Below, in pieces: positions 1 through 7,336 of a stretch of 64,000 nucleotides of DNA. The notes beneath the pieces were generated by a model that worked only from the letters and a program-made list of their open reading frames with translations, made no database searches and was not told the origin of the DNA. Position 1 is the stretch's first letter. Each line of letters opens with the position of its first letter. A program made the translations under genes and the position numbers. This DNA is from Arenicellales bacterium (GTDB taxonomy: Bacteria; Pseudomonadota; Gammaproteobacteria; Arenicellales; Poriferihabitantaceae). The stretch spans positions 1,519,734-1,583,733 of the forward strand of contig OY761989.1 of assembly GCA_963665165.1 (NCBI GenBank), read 5' to 3'.

Positions 1-720
1 GCGTATCAGCAATAAATCAGTCAGTATGCCAATGTAGTGATTGATGCTCGCCCGTCTCACTTCAAGGTTTGTAGCCAGCTTGCTGGCATTAATCGTTTCG
101 CCTTGCAGGTGTGCAAGCATTGTCCAAAGACGTCGTAATGTCTGTGCTGGCGCATCAAAGCCCATTTGCGGGACATCTCGCTCCATATACGTGCGTATGA
201 GGTCTTCAAGCCATTCCATGGCCATTTCATCATCTTCGGCCAGATAGCTTTTTGGGAACCCACCGCGCAGCCAGACATTTTTAATGTTCTGCTTTTCAGC
301 CCCCGTTTCCAATACGTTGAGCCCGGTCATTTCGGCATAACTGATACGGCCTGCCAGACTTTCCGAGGATTGACGCAGCAAGTTCATTGACGCAGATCCC
401 AAAAGAAGAAATTGTGCGGCATTACGGCCCTGCTGGCGATTGTTGTCAATCACGCCTCGCAGAACCATGAACAAATCAGGGGCACGTTGTATTTCATCAA
501 GGATGATCAGCTTGTCGCCATTTTCTCGTAGAAATTCTGTGGGGTCTGCCAATTTTGCCAAGTCTGCTGGCGATTCAAGATCAAGATAGATGGAATCCAT
601 AGCCGTTGCCACGACTTTGGAAAGCGTTGTTTTGCCCACCTGACGTGCGCCAAGCAAGGCTACAGCCGGATTGCGGCTGATACTTTTCTCCAGTCTGTTT
701 ATGAGCCATCTTTCCAACAC
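1..720 (-). CDS. AAA+ ATPase of the DUF4143/AAA_14 type (COG1373-like); the 3' end runs off the left window edge
   Basis: Absent from the ORF track because it has no stop inside the window. My manual minus-strand translation from GTG at 718-720 gives VLERWLINRLEKSISRNPAVALLGARQVGKTTLSK (Walker A), then DKLIILDEIQ (Walker B), and stays open to base 1. The N-terminal spacing to the P-loop fits this family. Confidence 0.75.
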   Translation of the reverse strand, partial: MLERWLINRLEKSISRNPAVALLGARQVGKTTLSKVVATAMDSIYLDLESPADLAKLADPTEFLRENGDKLIILDEIQRAPDLFMVLRGVIDNNRQQGRNAAQFLLLGSASMNLLRQSSESLAGRISYAEMTGLNVLETGAEKQNIKNVWLRGGFPKSYLAEDDEMAMEWLEDLIRTYMERDVPQMGFDAPAQTLRRLWTMLAHLQGETINASKLATNLEVRRASINHYIGILTDLLLIR

Positions 721-859
721 ACCTCGTATTTTGTACAAATTTTGATCAAAATACAAGGTATTAATTACGCTCAGCCTTTCCAATCTGCACCGAAACCGAG
801 GTCAAGCCCTTATATTCCGGCACCGACAGCCACAATGGCGCTATCGCCTGTCAGAAGTT

Positions 860-1633
860 CTACATATCCACTGGCGCGCCTTCAGGATCAAATTTGTCCT
901 GGCACTCATATCGAAGCTCATGATGCTGGTAACCTCTCTGATTTGAGATGATCCTCGTCTTGCCCCTGAAATGATCATCGCATTCGTGAGTGTGCCCATA
1001 AACCCAGAGCTCCGGCTCATGCTCGTCAATTATTGCCATCATATCGGTTGAGTTAAATGCAGGCATTAGCGGGCTTCCGGCATACTTCGTCACAGGGTTA
1101 ATCACCGGGGCGTGATGTGTCACAACAACGCGGTTTCCTGTGCGTGTGGTCTCGAACCATGCAAGAAGTTTTTTCACAAATTGATAGTGAAGTTCCGTGG
1201 TGTAATGCGGGGTAAGAGAAATCCCATTTCCCATTTTGATCAGCCTGAAATCATTCATTTGTGCCATGGCTTCAAGCATTGCTTTTTTAGATCCTCCTTG
1301 AAAATCAGTCCACATGGCGCCTCCAAAAAAGTGAACCCCATCAATGGTTACATCGCTATCCTGCAAAAAATGAACATTTGGATGAGCCCTGGAGAGCCAC
1401 TCCTGAAATTTTGCAGCCTCTCCATGCATATCAGTGTTGGTATAAAATTCATGATTGCCAGCGACAAAAATGACTGGTTTCTGCCATCCTTCAAGAAATC
1501 GGCTTAGCGGTTCGTAATCTCGGAAGGTAATGATATCGCCAGCCAATATCATGACGTCAGCATCACTGCTTTTTGGCGGCTTGAAACCAGAACCAAATTC
1601 AAGGTGCAAATCGCTGAATGTTATTATTCTCAT
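860..1633 (-). CDS. Calcineurin-like metallophosphoesterase
   Basis: 257-aa ORF with the ordered motifs FSDLH (DxH), AGD (GD), GNHE (GNH[DE]), VTHH and YGHTH (GHxH). Confidence 0.8.
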   Translation of the reverse strand: MRIITFSDLHLEFGSGFKPPKSSDADVMILAGDIITFRDYEPLSRFLEGWQKPVIFVAGNHEFYTNTDMHGEAAKFQEWLSRAHPNVHFLQDSDVTIDGVHFFGGAMWTDFQGGSKKAMLEAMAQMNDFRLIKMGNGISLTPHYTTELHYQFVKKLLAWFETTRTGNRVVVTHHAPVINPVTKYAGSPLMPAFNSTDMMAIIDEHEPELWVYGHTHECDDHFRGKTRIISNQRGYQHHELRYECQDKFDPEGAPVDM

Positions 1634-1639
1634 ACGTGG

Positions 1640-1950
1640 CCATTTTGTTTGTTTTTTCTACAGTAACGCTCTTACTCAAGAAGAGCAAACAGGATTCGAA
1701 CTCAAAGGATCCTACTGAGCCGAGATTTTCGGCCAGGCTCCATAGTTGAAGCGTGTCCATCAGCTTTTTGCCGGATGCACACCGCCTTTTACTTCGAACC
1801 AAAGTATTGAACCATAGCCGCTGGCTTGTCGTTCCGCCAGTTCTTTTTGCGGGAAGGAATCCAGTCCGGGGTAATCGACGCGCTCAGCCGTCGGATGGGT
1901 TTCGAGGAATACGGCGATTTTGTGTTGACATTGACCAGCTTTCACACGTA
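1640..1950 (-). pseudogene. Decayed fragment of the 3' part of a Cys/Met-metabolism PLP enzyme gene (paralogous copy of 7337-8557)
   Basis: Bases 1717-1920 align by hand to 7503-7707 with 17 differences in about 205 positions, including a 1-nt deletion near 1776-1779 that breaks the frame. Two minus-strand ORF pieces (1760-1981 and 1599-1802) carry FLETHP..YPGLDSFPQKELA.RQASG.GS.LWFEVKGG and ASGKKLMDTLQLWSLAENLGSV, matching the intact protein. Similarity fades on both sides. Confidence 0.85.
1717..1920. repeat. Left copy of a roughly 205-bp duplicated segment (partner 7503-7707)
   Basis: Hand alignment shows the first 59 nt identical and a further 34-nt identical block. I counted 17 differences in total, including one 1-nt indel. 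Confidence 0.9.
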
Positions 1951-1972
1951 TGTTGGCCGCTTGCGAGGAACA

Positions 1973-3169
1973 ATGAAACACACTTTAACCCTCTCGGTAC
2001 GCAGGCGTGATGGCATACCTGAGTATGACAAATACATGCTGGATGTGCAGAAGGGCAATGCGAAGCTAGCAGTTACTCAGGATATCATTAGCCATGCGGG
2101 GGCTCTTGGTCGGTCGGTCTCCTTCGCCCAATTGATCGCAACTTGGGCAAATACCTGCTCCGAGCGGCATCTCCTTACGAAGCTTCCCGCAAATGCCCAA
2201 ACCCAAATCAAGCACTTCGTCTCACGCCTGCATGGGTTAGTGGCTGCCTATTACGCAGACCGCGTCACTGCTTGCGATGGGGAGACTGACCTGAAGCAGG
2301 CACTCTTGGAGGCTGCTGCCCCCCGCATAAAAGCCATGGGCAAGCGTCAGTTTGCTAAAACAGCTAAAGGTGAACTAACAGAGTTGGTCTTTGTACATCG
2401 TGCCCGATATCAGTTCCACTCTGCCGTCTACCGTAACGGACCAAGTTCGTCCGAAATTATGGACCCCCAGAGGCACGGCGAGTTGATCGTCTCTCCACAC
2501 GAGATGAACGCCCTCATGCTCGAAGTATTGAAAAGTCAGAACTTTTTTAATAGCGATTTAGACCGCATTAAACCGCTGCTTAATGAGCGCAGTTGCCATC
2601 TCGGTACGCTTCTTCACGAAACGTTCCGGAACACAGCGGAGCACGCCTACTTGGACATGGATGGTAGGATACCTTCCAAGGGCTTACGGTGTATCCTGAT
2701 TGCTAGACGGAATATTAACCCAGACTCACTTGAGCAAACGGTTTTAATTTCCGCGAAGCACCCGAAACTCAGTCCCTACTTCCAGCAACTCCGAGATCGT
2801 GCAAATCTTGGTAAACGCAGACAGGTTCACATTCTTGAACTTTCTGTTCTTGATACCGGGCCTGGGTTGGCCGAGACCATCCGTTTTCGTATGGACGCTA
2901 GGATGAACGATTTAGATCTCGTTACCAAGTGCTTCCAAGACAGGGTCTCAAGTAAACGAGGCCTTAACTCTGGACTGGGGCTTGGCCGTATCCTCTACCA
3001 TATCGATAAACTCGGTGGATTCATACGGATCCGCACCTCCACTACCGAGGCATTCTTCTCATCGCATTCTCATACACCATCAGATAATCAACTGGTTCCA
3101 CATGTCGTAGGGGAGCTCCCGAAGGCTATTGGCACCGCCTTGACGATAGCAATTCCACTTGAGTTGTAG
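1973..3169 (+). CDS. GHKL/Bergerat-fold ATP-binding protein (histidine-kinase-like / SpoIIAB-like ATPase domain) with an uncharacterised N-terminal region of about 200 aa
   Basis: The C-terminal half carries an N-box-like LLHETFRNTAEHAY, a G1 box LSVLDTGPGLAE, a G2 box GLNSGLGLGRILYHIDKLGGFIRIRTS and a terminal GTALTIAIPLE. I chose the ATG at 1973 (GAGGA a few nt upstream) because the ORF-track start at 1826 is antisense to the pseudogene fragment. Confidence 0.7.
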   Translation: MKHTLTLSVRRRDGIPEYDKYMLDVQKGNAKLAVTQDIISHAGALGRSVSFAQLIATWANTCSERHLLTKLPANAQTQIKHFVSRLHGLVAAYYADRVTACDGETDLKQALLEAAAPRIKAMGKRQFAKTAKGELTELVFVHRARYQFHSAVYRNGPSSSEIMDPQRHGELIVSPHEMNALMLEVLKSQNFFNSDLDRIKPLLNERSCHLGTLLHETFRNTAEHAYLDMDGRIPSKGLRCILIARRNINPDSLEQTVLISAKHPKLSPYFQQLRDRANLGKRRQVHILELSVLDTGPGLAETIRFRMDARMNDLDLVTKCFQDRVSSKRGLNSGLGLGRILYHIDKLGGFIRIRTSTTEAFFSSHSHTPSDNQLVPHVVGELPKAIGTALTIAIPLEL

Positions 3170-3177
3170 TATTAGGA

Positions 3178-5361
3178 ATGTACTCTTTCCACAAGTTCAT
3201 CACTATTGACGAAACCCCGACCTCCGTCCAGGTCGTCTATCCGAATCAAGAAGACAGTGAAGATCATTTAGCAAGCAATCTCGAACAAATCGTGGAGACT
3301 TACAACCGCCGCTTGCCTCCCAGCCGTCTTCTGTTTGTTTGTCCCAAGGGTGTCGAAAAACGAGTTAAGCGGGTTTTCGATAATAAATGGAGCGAGTTCG
3401 AAGGACGTTTAGCGTCAACCACCCACGTCTCGATAACTTCCTACGATAAGCATGGTGTACTAGTCCCAAATCTAATTTTTCACCAAAAGTCTTGTGGAAT
3501 CGACTGGGTCATCAATGATAACTTTCTGGAAGATCTTGGCAAGCTCGCAGTCGGCAAGATTTTCGACGAGACCAAGACCATACTACACGCCCCTCATGGG
3601 TACGTGTTTCGCAAGCTATCGGGACGTGAGGAGAACATCTTCTTACGGGCCGGAAACATGCTCCGTATGCCTGGCTGTCTTATGGTCTTCAATCACTTGC
3701 TCCTGCGCAGGCTACCGTTTGGGTGTAAAGTCATCTACATCGACAGCTTCACGATTCTCTCCTTCGCGCTGGGCTTACAGTCGCTTATCAGTTACTTCCG
3801 TCGCACCGAACCGACAGTACCCGCTCTGGCTATCGAGAACATCCACTCCTATGAGATTGCTCCCGATTTCAGGATACCGAACGATACCAACTACCTTATC
3901 CTGATCTCAGCATCCACATCTGGGGGACTTGCCAGAAAGCTCGTCGATGAGAAACAGGCCGACCTGACCCGCATTGTGCATCTACTCGGTGTCGGACCAA
4001 CAGAGAAGACATTTAAGAATTCGTGTGTCTATTTCAGGCCCTCTACTGTGAAATCGGCCACGCACCAGCATAATGCCCCTATTGAGATCAGCACTGAGGA
4101 GTTTCTCGTTTCCCAAGGTTCTCCTAGACCGGTCCACATTACACGGGATCATGTTAACCGGGACGGTGCACGCGAACTCCACAAAACCTTTTACAAAGAG
4201 GCTCTAAAGTTTTGTGAACCCGGTCCGACGACTCAAGGCTCTTACTCCATGTTTTCTGTTTCATCCACATATAAAGCCGACTATGCGGATGAAGAACCTC
4301 CTCCTATTTACAAGTGGGTATGCGGTGCCCTGGTCCATGAAATCCCGGCGTCCGTATGTGTTCTGGCCCACCTCGGGGACCCCATGTCAACCTCGGTTGC
4401 TGCATGGCTTTGCAAGGCTCTCCGTGACCGATTCCCTACTATATCCCTTGACGACTTGAACTCTGAATCTGACGATACTTACACCCATGGTTCAATTGTT
4501 GTCGTCGCACATTTCGACCCGAATCTCGAAGGTTTGCGCGAAGCGAATATCGAGTTTAGGCGGATGCGTAATGTTCACCGTCACTATGTCCTTGGCTATG
4601 CTTTCCCATCATCCTTGGCCGAACACAGACGTCTCAAGAACGACCTATGTATGGGAGGCAGCGGCCCGCAATACGGGTGGTCAGAGTATCTGGTTTTACC
4701 GGTCGGCGCGGATCGAGTGCACGAATCACTTTCTCCACATAGCTATTCCATTGGTTTTGACGCGACCGGGTTGGGCCCCGATGAACTGGATTGTAATCTT
4801 ATTGGTGCCCTAAAAGAGCGAGCTACTCGCACCAGCATCCCCCATGATAGCCTCTTTCTCCCCCGTACCGATGGGACACCTCTTGTCCTGCGGCACGGTT
4901 CGGTGTTCTTTTCTGGCACGCAGACCGACAACGTCTCCCAGACTGCGGTGTACGCTATGGTGTCTGCTGCAATGCAGGCGGCGAGAGAGCCGGTGCCTGA
5001 TAATCGAAAAAGTGCAACACGACCGGGATTCGATGATAACCCATTTGTCCGAACCGTGCTGGATCCGAGCATGTTTGCACGCTTCAACGACGGCATTCTC
5101 CAGGCATCACTGCTAAGGTCGGCGCAGCGCTCAGAACTTGACTATTCCGCGAGTAAAGATCTCAGCCACCAATTTGCTTCAATTTGCCGGTCAGTTTTCG
5201 TCAGCCACAATGATGCCGTAGGTGATGCCGCTCTTGAGTTCATCCATGCGTTGGCAACGAAGAAGGTCTCACTGCGGGAAGAGGATATTAACTGGTTATG
5301 CGAGAAAATTCAGTCGATTCCAGAACTCAAAGTCGTCTACGATTGTTTTCGAGCTCAGTAG
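3178..5361 (+). CDS. Large uncharacterised protein (727 aa) with a degenerate type-I phosphoribosyltransferase-like nucleotide/PRPP-loop region
   Basis: It starts 8 nt after the upstream stop with AGGA before the ATG. NYLILISASTSGGLARKL resembles the PRTase signature (four hydrophobics, two acidic residues, then xxTGGT), but the acidic pair is replaced by SA. It is preceded by an HGYVFRKLSG...KVIYIDSFTILSFALGL layout. A second, weaker Rossmann-like unit lies around VCVLAHLGD...GSIVVVAHFDPNLEGL. The fold-level call is tentative. Confidence 0.45.
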   Translation: MYSFHKFITIDETPTSVQVVYPNQEDSEDHLASNLEQIVETYNRRLPPSRLLFVCPKGVEKRVKRVFDNKWSEFEGRLASTTHVSITSYDKHGVLVPNLIFHQKSCGIDWVINDNFLEDLGKLAVGKIFDETKTILHAPHGYVFRKLSGREENIFLRAGNMLRMPGCLMVFNHLLLRRLPFGCKVIYIDSFTILSFALGLQSLISYFRRTEPTVPALAIENIHSYEIAPDFRIPNDTNYLILISASTSGGLARKLVDEKQADLTRIVHLLGVGPTEKTFKNSCVYFRPSTVKSATHQHNAPIEISTEEFLVSQGSPRPVHITRDHVNRDGARELHKTFYKEALKFCEPGPTTQGSYSMFSVSSTYKADYADEEPPPIYKWVCGALVHEIPASVCVLAHLGDPMSTSVAAWLCKALRDRFPTISLDDLNSESDDTYTHGSIVVVAHFDPNLEGLREANIEFRRMRNVHRHYVLGYAFPSSLAEHRRLKNDLCMGGSGPQYGWSEYLVLPVGADRVHESLSPHSYSIGFDATGLGPDELDCNLIGALKERATRTSIPHDSLFLPRTDGTPLVLRHGSVFFSGTQTDNVSQTAVYAMVSAAMQAAREPVPDNRKSATRPGFDDNPFVRTVLDPSMFARFNDGILQASLLRSAQRSELDYSASKDLSHQFASICRSVFVSHNDAVGDAALEFIHALATKKVSLREEDINWLCEKIQSIPELKVVYDCFRAQ

Positions 5362-5535
5362 GTTTAAGTGTTGGAGAGGCGATTGAGATGTTCGTTGATA
5401 ACCAAACAGCATAATTGATTGTGCGACTCAATTACCCCTTCCAATAACAATCAAGACTATTCGCTGTTATAAGGTTTCTGGATGAGTTATCATGCGACAC
5501 ACTGATTTTGGCAGACATGCTCTGGGACTTGAAAA

Positions 5536-6231
5536 ATGGAAGCTCGTATAGTTCGACTTGATACATCTTACGAAGTGGCTTTTTCCCGTCCGGCTTTCAG
5601 TCGTATAGCATCGTTTTCACAAATCATAGAACCCATCTACGACGCTTTCAGCCAGGAAATACAGATTCCGTCAGATGCGATAAAACTGGAAAATGGAGAC
5701 ACTATCGCTACTGCTGGCGTCACCCTTACCTTGTTATCCGGATTACACTCCTTTGAGGCGAAATTGGACGGGTACAAGGCTCGCTTTCTTGACCTTCGGT
5801 CACCGGAGGCGATCAGTCAAGCCAAAAATTACGCAAAGTACTTTGAAACTGCCGTATGCAAATTCCTGACTGATGCAATTCCAGCAAATCGAAGACTGGT
5901 CACTTCGTGCTGGCTGACAGTAAACGGAGGTATGGAAGTAGCTGAAAACCTTATCCGAAGCCTTACCTGGCTTCCTGAAGTTCCCGACCCATTTGGAATT
6001 GGCGCGAACAGGGTACATTCACCAGTTAAATTCGATTGTTCAAATCGAGACGAGCGATGGAATGTCGGTATTTTCATGGATAGGTCAGCTTTACCAGGTA
6101 CGCATCTGTTTCTTGAGTTTTCAGCTAACTACAAGTCAGGCACACAGTATGATACTCTTGACAGAATGAGAGAACATGTATCCAGCGTTGTCAGATCGGT
6201 CATTGCCACACTGGACTTGGTAGTGGAGTAA
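5536..6231 (+). CDS. Hypothetical protein (231 aa), no recognisable motif
   Basis: A long ORF following a 174-bp intergenic gap, on the same strand as its neighbours. There are no obvious TM segments or catalytic motifs. Confidence 0.6.
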   Translation: MEARIVRLDTSYEVAFSRPAFSRIASFSQIIEPIYDAFSQEIQIPSDAIKLENGDTIATAGVTLTLLSGLHSFEAKLDGYKARFLDLRSPEAISQAKNYAKYFETAVCKFLTDAIPANRRLVTSCWLTVNGGMEVAENLIRSLTWLPEVPDPFGIGANRVHSPVKFDCSNRDERWNVGIFMDRSALPGTHLFLEFSANYKSGTQYDTLDRMREHVSSVVRSVIATLDLVVE

Positions 6232-6240
6232 CATTATTCG

Positions 6241-6867
6241 ATGCTCAATGCCTCCCCAACCTTCTCGTCTGCATCACGTGTGGTCCCACAAGTGACCGCT
6301 GGTCACCGACAACCACCGTTCAGCCTGCAACATGATTCCTTTGAAAATCACAACAAGGTTCGGCTTCTCGAACCTACTCAGCCAAATGCTTTAACGCAAC
6401 GGTCAGGGGGCGGGCAGGACGAAATTAGCCATGGATGGTTAAGTATGTTTCCTGATGAAACAACTATATCTCTTGCCGACCTTGACTTGGTCACTTATGT
6501 GACGACCAAAACGTCCTGGTTGGAAGAATCCTTGAACGAACTGGCTGCGTGTCCCACCGATGCGCTTGATGAGGGCCTGGAAGAGCCTTCGGAATCTGGA
6601 TTGAAGAAAGCAAAACATTTGTTACAGGATGTCTCCTGTTATGTGACTGAGCAACCAGATATCTACCCGATGGATGAGGGAGCTATCGCAATTGACTTTC
6701 GAACTCCTGAGGCTGACGCTGGTGTATTGTTCTTGATTGAACAGAATGGTTCCGGTGCACTTTTCCACCGTACCCGGAACTCGAAAGGAAGACTGCGAGT
6801 TGAAGATGCGGCAGACCTGCTCCGGGAAGGCGGTCTTCGGGAGCTTGAGAGGGTCGGTATCAGGTAG
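6241..6867 (+). CDS. Hypothetical protein (208 aa); the N-terminal part is low-complexity, so the true start may be the internal Met (MFPDETT)
   Basis: The ORF starts 9 nt after the previous stop, and its stop overlaps the next start (TAGTG). The acidic central region (DALDEGLEEPSESG) suggests a partner or antitoxin-like role, but this is only an inference. Confidence 0.55.
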   Translation: MLNASPTFSSASRVVPQVTAGHRQPPFSLQHDSFENHNKVRLLEPTQPNALTQRSGGGQDEISHGWLSMFPDETTISLADLDLVTYVTTKTSWLEESLNELAACPTDALDEGLEEPSESGLKKAKHLLQDVSCYVTEQPDIYPMDEGAIAIDFRTPEADAGVLFLIEQNGSGALFHRTRNSKGRLRVEDAADLLREGGLRELERVGIR

Positions 6868-7322
6868 TGAACGAGCGGCCGGAAAAGGAAGCGTCGGATC
6901 CCATAGGTAAAACGGACAAACTCGGAAGAGAAGAACGGTCTCAAAGTAGCGCTAAACGCGCTTTCCGCCGCCGACGGGCTCCGGTCTCCAGATTTAAGCC
7001 GCCCAGGGACAGTAATGAAATCTCGGTTAATCGTATGGGTTTGGCGTCGGCAGCCACAATGGCGGAACTGGGAAAGAGAAATGCGCTCCCTTCTGGGAAA
7101 TCTTTTTGGGGTTGGTACACCCTGACCGCAGGAGACATAGAGGCGGCTGGCTGTAGGGTCAAACCGTCACCTTCAGACGGTAATCCTTACCATGCGGATA
7201 TTCTGATTCCAGTGCCGTTTGACGCCGAAGAGCGGCGAGATGCTGTAATGGAGTATGCGAGAGATCTGGCGTATCACGCTACATTTCTTCCCTGGGGCGA
7301 GTGGACCAGTGACTTAACCTGA
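6867..7322 (+). CDS. Hypothetical protein (151 aa) with a strongly basic N-terminus (KRAFRRRRAPVSRFKPPR)
   Basis: A GTG start overlaps the upstream TAG by one base. The ORF ends 14 nt before the convergent PLP enzyme gene. I could not assign a family. Confidence 0.55.
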   Translation: MNERPEKEASDPIGKTDKLGREERSQSSAKRAFRRRRAPVSRFKPPRDSNEISVNRMGLASAATMAELGKRNALPSGKSFWGWYTLTAGDIEAAGCRVKPSPSDGNPYHADILIPVPFDAEERRDAVMEYARDLAYHATFLPWGEWTSDLT

Positions 7323-7336
7323 AACGCACAGCTTTT

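Larger units (their letters stand above)
1926..7336 (+). other. Putative inserted accessory cassette (five ORFs) bracketed by the duplicated gene 3' segment
   Basis: It lies between the displaced gene fragment and the intact gene. All five ORFs are on the strand opposite to both flanks and none matches a family I recognise. No integrase or transposase is present. The exact left junction is uncertain (1925-1980). Confidence 0.5.

Noticed and set aside
1826-1972. The ORF track starts the GHKL-protein ORF at 1826, adding 49 aa.
   Set aside because: Those codons are simply the antisense of the decayed PLP-enzyme gene fragment. The first Met with a Shine-Dalgarno-like GAGGA is at 1973.
2492-2515. 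SPHEMNAL looks like a histidine-kinase H-box (SHELRTPL).
   Set aside because: It lies only about 40 residues upstream of the N-box, against about 110 in genuine kinases, and has no flanking DHp-like helices. I do not call a phospho-acceptor site.
7260-7277. RDLAYH in the 151-aa orphan fits the HEPN Rx4-6H RNase motif.
   Set aside because: It is a single short match near the C-terminus of a protein whose preceding region does not look like an all-helical HEPN fold. It is too weak to call.
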